Positions 8,805 through 19,668 are shown, numbered from the stretch's first letter. The stretch is 64,000 nt of DNA from Candidatus Latescibacterota bacterium (GCA_965222075.1 OZ244937.1:320001-384000); one strand, 5' to 3'. Notes: generated by a model not told the origin, from the sequence alone. Numbers and translations are program-made.

Positions 8805-11054
8805 ATGACGAACAAAAAGTTATATGCAACCAAATGCGAGATAGTTCAAAGCCTATTTGTTTGGAGTATGTCTTTTTTTTGTTTCGGTTTTGCCTTGTTT
8901 AGCACGCTTCCTTCTTTTGCAAAACAGAGGCCCCGAGTCGCACTTGTGCTCAGTGGGGGAGGCGCACGTGGGGGGGCACATATCGGCGTGTTGCGCGTGC
9001 TTGAGCGCGAAGGTGTACCCATTGATTTGATTGTGGGCGTGAGTTATGGTGCTCTGGTGGGAGGACTGTACGCTGCCGGATACTCTGTTGATAATGTCGA
9101 ACGCATTATTGTAGAAACAGACTGGTGGGAAATAACCAACAATAGCCCCGACCGCCGTCTGTCGAATTTGAATCGCAAACCAATGGCTGATCGTCAGATG
9201 CTTGCATTGCGCCTCGATAAATTGGAACTAAAATTGCCTTATGGGATTTTTGCCGGGCAAAAGATCCAGCATTTTCTCAATCAACTGACCCTTGGCGCAG
9301 CTTATCGGGCGCGAAACGATTTTGATCGGCTTCCAACGCCTTTTCGCGCAATTGCAACAGATATTTTATCTGGAGAACAGGTCGTGCTTAAAAATGGCTC
9401 GCTCGGCGCGGCAATCAGAGCGAGTATTTCTGTTCCCGGGGTGTTTGCGCCGGTAAGTACAGAACAAACCCATCTCGTAGATGGCGGCATTGTCAATAAT
9501 CTGCCTGTAGATATCGCATTAGACGCTGGAGCTGATTTTGTTATTGCCGTGGATTGTGCCACGCCTTTGCGTAATCAAAAGCACGAAATTGAAGATATCA
9601 TCGACGTCATCGATCAAGCTGTCAGTTTTCGAATTGAAGAAAAAAAAATGGCAAATCGAAAACGCGCTCATGTGCTGATAATGCCCAATTTGAAAAGATT
9701 TGATCCAGACGATTTTAATCGGTCATATACCTTGATTCCAATTGGAGAAAAAGAAACCGAAAAACATTTGGATGCGATCTGGAAGGCTCTGCAAACACTC
9801 GGAATTTCAAAGCGTGTTGGAAAGTCAAGACCGTCGATATTGCCAGATGAGTTTGGTTTCAAAACCTGGGCGGATATACCATCGGATATTGTAATTGATC
9901 GGGTTCGGATTGAGGGTTTAGAGCGCTATTCACAAGAGGCATTTACATCGCATTTGGAAAAGTTCATCAATAAGCCTATATCGTTTCGGAAACTGGAACG
10001 CGAATCTGGCCGGTTGTATGCAACCGGATTATTTCAAACGGTGGATTACCAGGTTATCTACCAGGAAAGCCACGCCGACTTGGTTTTTCGGGTGCTTGAA
10101 AACCCCCCCAGTGAGGTGAAAGTGGGACTTCGTTACGACAACGATTTTCGGGTTTCGGCACTGTGCGAGTTTGCACATCAAGATACTTATGGCCGCGTAG
10201 CAGAGTTTTATTTGCGCGGCCTATTGGGCAATTTGAATTTTGCTGAAATGAATTTAATTTTTCGCTCATCTAAGGTCCTGGGTTTTCTCGGGGAGATTCA
10301 AGGTTGGAGTCAAGATCGGTTGTATTTTCAAAATGGGCAACGCCAGGACGCGTATAACGAGAGGCGTCTTCGCACGCGATTGGGCATACAGGCTTTGTTC
10401 CACAGTTGGGGAGGTTTCAAAGTTGGGTATCAAGTTGAGCATGTCCGCATTCGCAATGCGGACCGTTCAATAGGCAATGCGTCTAAATATCTACCCGGCT
10501 TCTGGTTATCCGCAGGTATTGACACGCGAGACGATGCGTTTTTGCCAAAGCGGGGCATCTATTTTCAAACCCGGGGAAAATGGGTTTATCGGGCATTATC
10601 ACAAAAGCAGGTGCAAACACAGGTCGCGTACTTCGCCAGTCCCCATCCGAGATTGAGCGTGGGCCTTTGGTCGCACGGAGGCTATGTGACACAGTCTGCA
10701 CCGATTTATGAACGCTTCACATTAGGTGGTGCAGGACACTTTAGTAGCGCAGCATTGCGCGTTGTCGGTCTCAAACGAGATGAACTGAGGGTTTCCAGGT
10801 TCGTATCGGCGGGCATTTCTATTTGGATCCACCTGAAATTTTGGGAATCCATACCGCGCAGTGCTGTTGGAATTTTCTATCAGGGCGGTCTGTACAATTT
10901 GACTCCCAATCCGCATCGACCCAATACCCATATCCATGGTTTTGGTATTGGGGGTTATATCAACACAACGATTTTAGGCCCCATTCGTGTTGAGATTGTG
11001 AGCACAGAAAAAAAAGATATCCAGATTTATACCGCAATCGGATTTGCGTTTTGA
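8805..11054 (+). CDS. Patatin-like phospholipase fused to POTRA and Omp85-type barrel (PlpD/type Vd-like)
   Basis: LSGGGARG, GVSYG, DGG catalytic motifs; POTRA-like segment (LYATGLFQTV); C-terminal barrel ending IGFAF. Confidence 0.88.
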   Translation: MTNKKLYATKCEIVQSLFVWSMSFFCFGFALFSTLPSFAKQRPRVALVLSGGGARGGAHIGVLRVLEREGVPIDLIVGVSYGALVGGLYAAGYSVDNVERIIVETDWWEITNNSPDRRLSNLNRKPMADRQMLALRLDKLELKLPYGIFAGQKIQHFLNQLTLGAAYRARNDFDRLPTPFRAIATDILSGEQVVLKNGSLGAAIRASISVPGVFAPVSTEQTHLVDGGIVNNLPVDIALDAGADFVIAVDCATPLRNQKHEIEDIIDVIDQAVSFRIEEKKMANRKRAHVLIMPNLKRFDPDDFNRSYTLIPIGEKETEKHLDAIWKALQTLGISKRVGKSRPSILPDEFGFKTWADIPSDIVIDRVRIEGLERYSQEAFTSHLEKFINKPISFRKLERESGRLYATGLFQTVDYQVIYQESHADLVFRVLENPPSEVKVGLRYDNDFRVSALCEFAHQDTYGRVAEFYLRGLLGNLNFAEMNLIFRSSKVLGFLGEIQGWSQDRLYFQNGQRQDAYNERRLRTRLGIQALFHSWGGFKVGYQVEHVRIRNADRSIGNASKYLPGFWLSAGIDTRDDAFLPKRGIYFQTRGKWVYRALSQKQVQTQVAYFASPHPRLSVGLWSHGGYVTQSAPIYERFTLGGAGHFSSAALRVVGLKRDELRVSRFVSAGISIWIHLKFWESIPRSAVGIFYQGGLYNLTPNPHRPNTHIHGFGIGGYINTTILGPIRVEIVSTEKKDIQIYTAIGFAF

Positions 11055-11058
11055 TGCG

Positions 11059-11484
11059 TTAAAAATTTCTGATCCATCTGTTCAGCTTCGGGTTATCCCA
11101 ATCACCTTGATAGGAATATTGATGATCAGGCAGATTCAGTGTGGCATCAATGGGATACACACGGCCTCCATCGGGATGAGCATATCCCGCGCGAAAGATC
11201 GTGATCTGTCCGAAGATGGAGACATAGGACGAGTTCACCGTCTCCTTATACCTCATCGGAAGATTTTCTTCCGAAAGGGGTGGATTCAAGGCTTCATACC
11301 CGTCGCCAGACAAAGCGACAAAAGCCTCCAGAAAGCCCCGGCCTACCCTCTGAATCCGGCGAAACAGAGTCTGTTCGACTTCGTGGAGCTCTTCTTGGCC
11401 CACAGCCCCTACAACATATTCCTTGATCTGGGCAAAGGCTTCATCCAGGCTTTCAAAAAGGGCTTCTTTTTCGTTGCGGAGCAC
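11059..11484 (-). mobile_element. ISKra4-family transposase remnant
   Basis: LHEVEQTLF..., YVSIFGQITI.RAGY, YPIDATLNLP..QYSY resemble the ISKra4 transposase N-terminus; far too short for a full enzyme. Confidence 0.7.
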
Positions 11485-11566
11485 GCAGACAGGTCGCTTT
11501 ATGCAAATAATTCAACTACCGATTTTACAAGCAATTGATACGCCCATGATTTCCTACACACTCAAA

Positions 11567-14284
11567 ATGATATTTTCCAAACAGAACGCCATTTTACTCT
11601 TGTCAGTGCTCACTTTTTCTGTTCCGATAGAATCCACACCTCAGGAGGATTTACCTCCACCAGGATACAGGATTCACCGATCTATTCCTCCGCAGGGTGC
11701 CAGGACCTACATGGTAATTCCAGGGGAAAGGTTTCGGGCCAGCGGGTTCAAACGCTGGTTCTACGGCAGCAATTACCGGGATCTCTGGACCACCCCTATC
11801 GAGGTTGCGGTCCTTGACCTCGACAGCGTAGGAGGTGGCTTGACGCCGCTTCGCACCGGCGGATTCGGACAGTCCATCTCTCTTCACTTTACGGGACAAG
11901 ACGGTCGTCGATATACGGTTCGTTCCCTGGATAAAGATCCTACCAAAAGAATATGGGACGAACTCAAGGGTACGGTCGTGGACGACGTCCTTCAGGACTT
12001 GATCAGCGCGCTTCTACCGACAGGAGCACTCGTGGTTGACCCGCTGATGGAAGCCACTGGTATCCTCCATTCCAAGCATAGGCTCGTAGTAATTCCGGAT
12101 GATCCGAAGCTGGGAGAATACCGCGAAGAGTTTGCTGGCCTTATCGGAATGCTGCAAGAACATCCGTCTGAAGGGGCGGACGATACACCCGGCTTTGCGG
12201 GTTCCCGGAAGATCAGTGGAACGGAGAAGTTATGGGAACACCTTGAAGAAAGTCCTTGCAACCGCGTTGATGCCCGTGCCTATCTAAAAGCGAAACTGAT
12301 GGATTTTCTCATCAACGACAAAGACCGCCATTACGGCCAGTGGAGATGGGCGCGGTTCCCCGATGGCGATTGTCATACCTATCTTCCAATACCCGAGGAT
12401 CGCGACCAGGCTTTTATCGGCTTCAAGGGATTTGCTATGGCAGTGGCGCGCAAAAGGCTCCCCAGACAAATCAAGTTCGACGCCACGTATCCGGATCTGG
12501 TGGGCCTATCGACTACTGGCTGGGAGATGGACCGCGAGTTTCTGGTCGAACTCGATAAGACCGCGTGGGATTCGGTAGTAACGGTGTTTCGCAGAGACCT
12601 ACCCGACCAGGTCATTGCGGATGCCGTGCGGAAGCTCCCACCACCGTATTACAAGATGGTTGGGGAAGCTCTTGCAAAGGCCCTCAAATCGAGACGGGAC
12701 GCATTGCCTGAATTTGCCAGCAGATACTATGAATTGATTACCCGCCAGGCCGAAATCCAGGCGACCGATCAGGACGAGTACGTCCAGTGTGAGCACATGC
12801 CGAACGGTGATCTCGTGGTCCGTATCGGTCTGATAGAAGGCACTGGTGGAGAAAGGAAGACGCCCTATTTCCAAAGAACGTTCCACCCCGAAGAAACTCG
12901 GGAAGTCCGAATATACCTCCGGGGAGGAGATGATCGTGCGGACATATCAGGGACAAAGGGGCAGATTGTCGTTCGCATTGATGGTGGCGGTGGAGATGAC
13001 ACACTCACAAACTTATCCGAGGCTGGTGCCTCAAAGACCCGGTTTTATGATTTTCGTGGAAAAAATCGGTTCGCAAAAGGCAAAGGAGCGAAACTCGACG
13101 AGCGACCCTACAAGCGTCCTCCCGCACGGCTTCTCCGTGCAAGGTATGCACTGGATTGGGGCATGCAGACTGGTACTTTCCCGATTATCAGGGTAAATCC
13201 AGATCTGGATGTATTCGTGGGAGTGACCAACCAGCGGCAGTATTTCGGCTATCGAAAAGATCCTTTCTCTTCGGAACATTTTTTTAGGATCGGGCTGGCG
13301 AAAGACAATGATCTCGAGGGGATCAAGCCCTTTGTCTCCTATACCGGAAACTTTCGCCAACTAATGCGCGACTTCGATACCAGAATCTACTTCAAGTACT
13401 CCGGAATCCAGGTAATCCGGTTCAACGGATTCGGTAACAAAACGGAGATTCCGCATCCTTCTTCCTTCTATAAGGTGGAGCAAAATCATTTCGTTTTCGC
13501 ACCGGCCTTCGAATTTCGAGGAGGAGAGTATAAAGAAGATATGCCTCGTGTTGGTATGGAATCGCTTCGCTCGAAATTAACCATTGACTTTGGGCCGATT
13601 ATCAAGTATTCAAACACACCACTCAGTTCCAATAAGGAAAAATTTATCGGTTCGCTTGATCACTCACTGTACGGTACGGGTTCCTTCGGTCAGGTAGGCG
13701 CACAGGGTGAAGTCGTGTACGACACGCGTAACAGTCCAGGGTATCCCACTCATGGGGTCAGGGTCAGGGTTGCCGGAGCCATCTATCCGGGAGTCTGGAA
13801 TGTAGAATCGACCTTTGGCAGCATAGATGGGGAAGCCAGTACTTACCTGACTGCTCGTATTCCGACTAACCCCACCCTTGCCTTAAGGGCGGGTAGCAAG
13901 AAGGTGTGGGGGACCTTTCCCTTCTACGAGAGTGCCTTTCTGGGCGGGTCTGGTTTTGTCGGCAGCGGCATATCCAGTGACAATTTACGCGGTTTCCGGA
14001 AAAATCGGTTCGCTGGAGGTACCTCGCTGTATGGAAATTCCGAACTGCGGCTGGTTCTGACCAAAATCAAGCTTTTGGTGTCGGGAGAGTTGGGCTTGTT
14101 CGGTGCGGCTGATGCTGGACAGGTGATTTATGACGAAGATCTGGACAATGCTGGTAAATGGCACACCAGTATCGGAGGTGGATTCTGGCTGTCTTTCCTC
14201 CAGCGCCAGCAGACCTTGAGCGCGGCAGTCGTAAAAGGCGATGACTTGACGGGCGTATATCTGCGCGCTGGTTTTATGTTCTAA
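11567..14284 (+). CDS. Omp85 (BamA/TamA-family) outer-membrane protein with N-terminal kinase-like domain
   Basis: GGFGQS, RSLDK, DFLINDKDRHYGQW, DRDQAF motifs; GGDD repeats; LRGFRKNRF barrel motif; C-terminal Phe. Confidence 0.75.
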   Translation: MIFSKQNAILLLSVLTFSVPIESTPQEDLPPPGYRIHRSIPPQGARTYMVIPGERFRASGFKRWFYGSNYRDLWTTPIEVAVLDLDSVGGGLTPLRTGGFGQSISLHFTGQDGRRYTVRSLDKDPTKRIWDELKGTVVDDVLQDLISALLPTGALVVDPLMEATGILHSKHRLVVIPDDPKLGEYREEFAGLIGMLQEHPSEGADDTPGFAGSRKISGTEKLWEHLEESPCNRVDARAYLKAKLMDFLINDKDRHYGQWRWARFPDGDCHTYLPIPEDRDQAFIGFKGFAMAVARKRLPRQIKFDATYPDLVGLSTTGWEMDREFLVELDKTAWDSVVTVFRRDLPDQVIADAVRKLPPPYYKMVGEALAKALKSRRDALPEFASRYYELITRQAEIQATDQDEYVQCEHMPNGDLVVRIGLIEGTGGERKTPYFQRTFHPEETREVRIYLRGGDDRADISGTKGQIVVRIDGGGGDDTLTNLSEAGASKTRFYDFRGKNRFAKGKGAKLDERPYKRPPARLLRARYALDWGMQTGTFPIIRVNPDLDVFVGVTNQRQYFGYRKDPFSSEHFFRIGLAKDNDLEGIKPFVSYTGNFRQLMRDFDTRIYFKYSGIQVIRFNGFGNKTEIPHPSSFYKVEQNHFVFAPAFEFRGGEYKEDMPRVGMESLRSKLTIDFGPIIKYSNTPLSSNKEKFIGSLDHSLYGTGSFGQVGAQGEVVYDTRNSPGYPTHGVRVRVAGAIYPGVWNVESTFGSIDGEASTYLTARIPTNPTLALRAGSKKVWGTFPFYESAFLGGSGFVGSGISSDNLRGFRKNRFAGGTSLYGNSELRLVLTKIKLLVSGELGLFGAADAGQVIYDEDLDNAGKWHTSIGGGFWLSFLQRQQTLSAAVVKGDDLTGVYLRAGFMF

Positions 14285-14363
14285 CCTTGATTCGTCAATA
14301 AGGTAGCGGGATTTCGGGGTATTGAAAACGAAGGTGTAATGTGAAGAAATCCATATTTTCCTA

Positions 14364-15299
14364 ATGAAGGAGGATGCTATGTTCAACAACATCATCATAC
14401 GTCTCGCCGTTTACTATATCACCTGGCTTTTGATTCTCAATGCGATTTTTCACCTCTTCCCCCAAATTCTCCATTACGTCGCCCAGGAGCGTGAACGCAT
14501 ATTCGTAGGGCAATCCCTTGACTCCGGGTCCGATGTTTCCGTTCCACTTGGAAACATTAAAGAAGGGATAAACCGGCTTTCCGATCCGGAACACACGATT
14601 CCAGTTGTGGTCGCTATGGTGCTGGCCTTCGCGGTTACCCTGCCAATTACCTGGGTATATGGCTGGACGCGGCCGCCCAAGAAATACAGTCAATCCTTTG
14701 CACACACTCTGCTCGTGATGCCTGTCGTCATAGCGCTGGTTGTTTTTTTGGTTAAGGGTAGTCTTGCCCTTGCGTTCAGCCTGGCGGGCATCGTGGCCGC
14801 CGTCAGTTTTCGGATCTCGCTCAAAGAGACCATGGATGCCGTGTACATGTTTATGGCCATCGGGATAGGGCTGGCGGCTGGCACACAGCTTACTACAGTG
14901 GCCTACCTCGTATCGTTGGCTTTCGTCACCATAATACTGAGCGTGTGGAAAACCAATTATGGAGCACAACCACCAGTACTATCCGGCTGGAGAATTGTTC
15001 CACCTGATCACTCGGTCCATACCTCTGAAGCAAAGGCCATTGCCACCGGAAATCCCTATGATGCCCAGATTACAGTACATACCAAAGAGGTCAAATCGAC
15101 GCAAAAAGCAACAGCTCAAATCTTGAAATCCAGTACCAAACAGTGGCAGGTAGCAAATGTGATCGAGAATGAGGATGGAACGGCCATCGTTGTGTATGAT
15201 GTTTCGTTAAAACAATCCGTCAATCTGCCTGCCCTTATCCGGGATATAGAAAAAAACGGAAAAAAGCACATCAAAAGCGTAGAACTAACCGGAGTTTAG
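14364..15299 (+). CDS. DUF4956 membrane protein
   Basis: YSQSFAHTL, GSLALAFSLAGIVAAVSFR..LKETMDAVYMF..IGIGLAAG. Confidence 0.85.
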   Translation: MKEDAMFNNIIIRLAVYYITWLLILNAIFHLFPQILHYVAQERERIFVGQSLDSGSDVSVPLGNIKEGINRLSDPEHTIPVVVAMVLAFAVTLPITWVYGWTRPPKKYSQSFAHTLLVMPVVIALVVFLVKGSLALAFSLAGIVAAVSFRISLKETMDAVYMFMAIGIGLAAGTQLTTVAYLVSLAFVTIILSVWKTNYGAQPPVLSGWRIVPPDHSVHTSEAKAIATGNPYDAQITVHTKEVKSTQKATAQILKSSTKQWQVANVIENEDGTAIVVYDVSLKQSVNLPALIRDIEKNGKKHIKSVELTGV

Positions 15300-15397
15300 A
15301 CAAATTGAAGGTTGTAATCAGTAATCTCAAAGCCTCCCTGCATCAGAGAGGTCAGATAGGCACAAACTGAAGAGAACTTATAACAGTATAATTGCAA

Positions 15398-16384
15398 ATG
15401 AAGAATCACACAGATAAATTCCTGCTGGGCTTCCTTGGTTTTGGCATTTTTCTCTACCTGTTGTCGATGGGCTATAGAGAGGATCTATCCTCAGATCTTA
15501 GTGGAAACACATCAAATACAGATCCAGATACTTCGATTTCAGATACTTCGATCGTCCTCCCTTTGGCGGACACAATGGCTGTATTACAAAGGAAAATATC
15601 TCTCGAAAGCTATACACTAAACGCAGAGACCGCGACGCACTGGAAGCTACCCATGCCTCTTGAGGAGATATCTGGTTTGGCAATGACCAGAGACAACCGA
15701 CTCCTGGCGCACAATGATGAAAAAGGGGCCATTTTCGAGATTGATTATCAGAATGGGTCAATCGTAAAAGCATTCCAACTGGCGGATATAAAGCACCCGG
15801 TTGCCGGTGATTTCGAGGGCATTGCAACAATTGGCGACCAGATCTATTTGGTCACAAGTTCAGGGCGACTATACGAGTGTCGTGAGGGAATAGCTGGCGA
15901 GTCCGTTCTCTTTAATGTCTATACGACTGGGGTCGGCAGAGATTGCGAAATAGAGGGCTTGACGTATGACGAGAGCCAGCGAGCACTCTTACTGATGTGC
16001 AAGGACTCTCGTAGCGCAGACATGGAGGGACAGTTGGCAGTATATCATTGGTCAATTGACGAGAAACAGCTAAGAGAAGATGCACATACTGTAATACCTG
16101 TCGTTGAATTCTCTCGGCACATCAAGGGAAAGAAATTCCAGCCTTCCGGAATTGAGCGACACCCTGTGTCAGGAAATTACTTTGTTGTAGCTGCTCGTCA
16201 GGGGGCTATCGCGGAGATCACGCCGGGTGGCAAGGTCGTTGCAGTCAGGCAATTTCCTGCCCGGTGGCATCTTCAGGTTGAAGGGATTACTTTCGCTGCG
16301 GACGGCACGCTAATCGTTGCCGATGAAGGCGCAGGGAGAAAAGCGAGACTAACCCTTTACCCGGTCTCTGATAGTCGGCAATAA
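15398..16384 (+). CDS. SdiA-regulated (YjiK-like) beta-propeller protein
   Basis: LEEISGL, AHNDE, DFEGI, IEGLTYD, QPSGI, QVEGITF, ADEG repeats; N-terminal membrane anchor. Confidence 0.85.
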   Translation: MKNHTDKFLLGFLGFGIFLYLLSMGYREDLSSDLSGNTSNTDPDTSISDTSIVLPLADTMAVLQRKISLESYTLNAETATHWKLPMPLEEISGLAMTRDNRLLAHNDEKGAIFEIDYQNGSIVKAFQLADIKHPVAGDFEGIATIGDQIYLVTSSGRLYECREGIAGESVLFNVYTTGVGRDCEIEGLTYDESQRALLLMCKDSRSADMEGQLAVYHWSIDEKQLREDAHTVIPVVEFSRHIKGKKFQPSGIERHPVSGNYFVVAARQGAIAEITPGGKVVAVRQFPARWHLQVEGITFAADGTLIVADEGAGRKARLTLYPVSDSRQ

Positions 16385-16441
16385 CAGCAACACCATAAAC
16401 CAAAGCTATTTCAAAGTCGCTCATAACAAAAGTTAGTATTC

Positions 16442-16512
16442 GGGACGGCACGGGGACCGTTCCCTACAATGATATTTTATCGGTTTATAGGGGCGCCCCC
16501 CTGTGGTCGCCC
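16442..16512. repeat. Pair of GTAG-type REP-like palindromes
   Basis: gtagggaacggtccccgtgccgtccc (minus) and ataggggcgccccctgtggtcgccc (plus). Confidence 0.6.
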
Positions 16513-16547
16513 GCGCCACGCGCAACACAACGCCAGTAATCCACATA

Positions 16548-16588
16548 AACAAAGCCCGCCGGAAAAACCGACGGGCTTTGTTATTTTT
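16548..16588. terminator. Bidirectional intrinsic terminator downstream of tRNA-Met
   Basis: aacaaagcccg-ccggaaaaaccga-cgggctttgtt hairpin flanked by T/A runs. Confidence 0.75.
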
Positions 16589-16592
16589 CTAA

Positions 16593-16665
16593 TAGCGGCG
16601 GAGGGACTCGAACCCCCGACCCATGGATTATGATTCCACTGCTCTACCAGCTGAGCTACGCCGCC
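16593..16665 (-). tRNA. tRNA-Met (CAT), elongator-like; CCA not encoded
   Basis: GGCGGCGTAGCTCAGCTGGTAGAGCAGTGGAATCATAATCCATGGGTCGGGGGTTCGAGTCCCTCCGCCGCTA cloverleaf. Confidence 0.95.
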
Positions 16666-16684
16666 ACCCTGGTTTTGTGGAGAA

Positions 16685-16765
16685 AAAATACAAGGAACCC
16701 CCGGGGTTGTCAAGGGCGAATGTCGTGAGAAAACCATTGACAACCGTCCCGCGATATGGTACACT
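16685..16765. promoter_or_regulatory. Divergent sigma70 promoters for tRNA-Met (-) and nfeD (+)
   Basis: TTGACA-N17-TATTTT on minus (16713-16685); TTGACA-N17-TACACT on plus (16737-16765). Confidence 0.75.
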
Positions 16766-16817
16766 GAAAGTGGATAAAAGGGGATATTCCGTAAAGCTGT
16801 TTTGATAGGGACCTGCT

Positions 16818-18167
16818 ATGATGCGTGGGTTGTGTTTTGTCCTGGCTGCGGGGCTGATGTTGGGCCTGAGCGTTTCCCCATCGGCGGGAGAAACGGTCTA
16901 TGTGGTGCCGATTCAGGGGACCATTGAGAAGGGGCTGGCCGCCTTTGTTTCCCGGGTGATGGACGAGGCTGAGGAGGTGGGGGCCGCGGCGGTGATTTTT
17001 GAGATTGACACGCCGGGGGGGGCGCTGGATGCAGCACTGACGGTCCGGGACGCGATCCTCTACAGCGATGTGAATACGATCGCTTTTATCAATCCCCGGG
17101 CGATTTCGGCGGGTGCGCTGATTTCGCTGGCGACCAGACACATCGTGATGGTGGAGGGGGGCACGATCGGCGCGGCCACGGCCGTGAATATGCAGGGGGA
17201 AAAGGCCAGTGAGAAGATTATTTCCTATTTCCGGAATGAGATGAAGGCAACGGCCGAGAAGACGGGCCGCCCGCCCGAGCTGGCCGAGGCGATGGTGGAT
17301 GAAGATGTGGACGTGCCCGAACTGGCCCCGAAGGGGAAGCTGCTGACGCTGACGACCGAAGAGGCGGTCGCGCAGAAGGTGGCCGAATATAAGGTCGCCT
17401 CGACGCACGAAGAGGAAAAACTCCGGGAGGTGCTCAAGTTCTACGGGCTGGAAGGGGCTGCTGTTTTCCACCAGTCGGTGAACTGGGCGGAGCAGGTTGT
17501 CCGCTGGCTCACGTATCCTTATGTTGCATCGCTTCTGCTTTCTCTGGGTTTTCTGGGGCTGATCTTTGAGATTCAGAGTCCGGGCTGGGGCGTGGGCGGG
17601 ACGGTCGGCCTGATCTGCCTGGGGTTTTTTTTCGGCAGCCATCTGCTGGTTGAGCTGGCCGACTGGAGCGAGGTGCTGCTGTTCCTGATCGGCGTTCTCC
17701 TTGTGGTGGCCGACCTCTTTTTCATCAACGGCTTCGGCGTGCTGGGCATTCCCGGAATCGCGCTGATGTTCGCCGGTATTTTTCTCAGCCTGATGGGGCG
17801 GTCCGAACTCTGGACCTGGGAGGCGGTTAGTGAGATTGCAGAGCCCCTGCTGCTGAGTTTCGTTGTTACAGTCGTTCTGGCCATTCTGATGTTGAGAGGC
17901 CTGCCCCGCACATCCGCCTGGAGCCGGCTTGTGCTTCATACCGAAGAGAAGGCTGAAGAGGGGTATCGGGCGACTTCCGGGTACGAGGATCTGGTGGGCG
18001 CAAAAGGGGTGGCTTTTACCCCCCTCCGGCCGGGGGGCACGGGCGTCTTTGACGGGCGCAGGCTCAGCGTGGCTACCGAAGGCGATTTCATCGAAAAGGA
18101 TACGCCGATTACCATCATGGAAGTCGAGGGCAACCGGATCGTGGTCCGAAAGGCCGACGAGGCCTGA
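16818..18167 (+). CDS. nfeD: NfeD long form (ClpP-class serine protease domain + TM + OB fold), YqeZ-like
   Basis: [36 protein letters not shown]. Confidence 0.92.
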   Translation: MMRGLCFVLAAGLMLGLSVSPSAGETVYVVPIQGTIEKGLAAFVSRVMDEAEEVGAAAVIFEIDTPGGALDAALTVRDAILYSDVNTIAFINPRAISAGALISLATRHIVMVEGGTIGAATAVNMQGEKASEKIISYFRNEMKATAEKTGRPPELAEAMVDEDVDVPELAPKGKLLTLTTEEAVAQKVAEYKVASTHEEEKLREVLKFYGLEGAAVFHQSVNWAEQVVRWLTYPYVASLLLSLGFLGLIFEIQSPGWGVGGTVGLICLGFFFGSHLLVELADWSEVLLFLIGVLLVVADLFFINGFGVLGIPGIALMFAGIFLSLMGRSELWTWEAVSEIAEPLLLSFVVTVVLAILMLRGLPRTSAWSRLVLHTEEKAEEGYRATSGYEDLVGAKGVAFTPLRPGGTGVFDGRRLSVATEGDFIEKDTPITIMEVEGNRIVVRKADEA

Positions 18168-18193
18168 GACACTTATCATTAAAGGAGTTATCT

Positions 18194-19186
18194 ATGGCAG
18201 GCTTTACGCTTCTGCTGGGAGTGATCGGCCTGATCGTGTTGGCATTGCTGTTTTTCTACTTTATCCCGGTGGCGCTCTGGATTTCCGCCCTGGCGGCGCG
18301 TGTGCGGATCGGCATTGGGGAGTTGATCGGAATGCGCCTGCGCCGGGTGCCGCCCCGGGTTATCCTGGGGTCTCAGATCAGCGCCACGAAGGCCGGGCTG
18401 GATATCCCGACGGCGTTCTTAGAGGCCCACTTTTTGGCCGGAGGGATGGTTGAAAACGTGGTTACCGCCCTGATTGCGGCGGACAAGGCGGGCATTTCGC
18501 TGAGCCATGAGAGGGCTGCGGCCATTGATCTGGCCGGCCGGGACGTGCTGGAGGCGGTGCAGGTCAGCGTCAACCCAAAGGTGATTTCCACGCCGATGGT
18601 GACGGCGGTGGCCAAAGACGGCATCCAGGTGAAGGCCACGTCCCGGGTTACGGTACGGGCAAATATCGAACGGCTGGTGGGGGGCGCGGGGGAAGAGACG
18701 ATTGTTGCGCGGGTGGGGGAGGGAATTGTGACGACCATCGGGTCTGCAGAGACCCATAAGGATGTGCTTGAAAACCCCGATCGGATTTCCAAGACGGTGC
18801 TGGACAAGGGGTTGGACTCGGGGACGGCTTACGAGATCCTCTCTATCGATATCGCCGATGTGGATGTGGGAGACAATATCGGCGCGAAGCTTCAGACCGA
18901 TCAGGCCGAGGCCGATTTGAAGATCGCCCGGGCAAAGGCCGAGGAGCGGCGGGCAATGGCGGTGGCACACGAGCAGGAGATGAGCGCCCGGGTCGAGGAG
19001 ATGCGCGCCCGGGTGGTCGAGGCCGAGGCCGAGGTGCCCCGGGCGATGGCCGAGGCCTTCCGGAGCGGCAACTTAGGGGTGATGGATTACTACCGGATGC
19101 GCAATATCCAGGCCGATACGTCGATGCGCGAGGGGATTGCCGGGGAGCAGGAAGAAGAAGGGGGTCAGGAAGGCAGCAGCCCGTGA
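18194..19186 (+). CDS. floA: Flotillin-like protein FloA (YqfA/SPFH)
   Basis: [50 protein letters not shown]. Confidence 0.95.
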   Translation: MAGFTLLLGVIGLIVLALLFFYFIPVALWISALAARVRIGIGELIGMRLRRVPPRVILGSQISATKAGLDIPTAFLEAHFLAGGMVENVVTALIAADKAGISLSHERAAAIDLAGRDVLEAVQVSVNPKVISTPMVTAVAKDGIQVKATSRVTVRANIERLVGGAGEETIVARVGEGIVTTIGSAETHKDVLENPDRISKTVLDKGLDSGTAYEILSIDIADVDVGDNIGAKLQTDQAEADLKIARAKAEERRAMAVAHEQEMSARVEEMRARVVEAEAEVPRAMAEAFRSGNLGVMDYYRMRNIQADTSMREGIAGEQEEEGGQEGSSP

Positions 19187-19668
19187 ACTATGAGATTCTG
19201 ATCCTCCTTTTTCTCCTGTTCGCTGTGATTTCCTCGATAATCAACAAATTGCAGGCGAGGCGGCGTTCGCAGGAGCTTGAGGAGGAGGATTTACCGGAGT
19301 CGGTCTATCGTCCCGAAAAAGACGAGGTTGACCTGTCTGAGTGGGAGGTGTTTCCCCAGGTCGAACCCCCCCGGGCCGAGCCGGCCGAACAGGAGTTTCA
19401 AGAGGTGCGGGGCGCACGCCGCGTGGAGGAGACCGATACCGGGAAGGAGTTTCAGGAGGTCAGGGGCGCACGTCCTGTGACCGAGCCCTCTCCTTTTGCG
19501 GCCACCAGCGCGCCGGAGCCGGAATTGACCGTAGCAGACCAGCGTTCCATAAGCCCGGTGCGGAAGCGGCGGAAGAAGCGCCTCGGTTTTAAACGGGATA
19601 CGGTGCGAAGGGCCATCCTCTACAACGAGATTCTCGGCCCGCCCCGGGCGGATCGCATGCCCTGGTGA
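19183..19668 (+). CDS. YqfB-like membrane-anchored protein
   Basis: N-terminal TM, acidic linker with EFQEVRGAR x2, C-terminal [15 protein letters not shown]; position after floA. Confidence 0.7.
   Translation: MNYEILILLFLLFAVISSIINKLQARRRSQELEEEDLPESVYRPEKDEVDLSEWEVFPQVEPPRAEPAEQEFQEVRGARRVEETDTGKEFQEVRGARPVTEPSPFAATSAPEPELTVADQRSISPVRKRRKKRLGFKRDTVRRAILYNEILGPPRADRMPW

Noticed and set aside
16593-16665. Initiator tRNA-fMet or tRNA-Ile2 identity
   Set aside because: Paired G1 and no GGG/CCC anticodon stem exclude fMet; sequence fits elongator Met best, though Ile2 is not rigorously excluded
19375-19480. EFQEVRGAR duplication in yqfB-like gene
   Set aside because: Ordinary short duplication in a disordered linker
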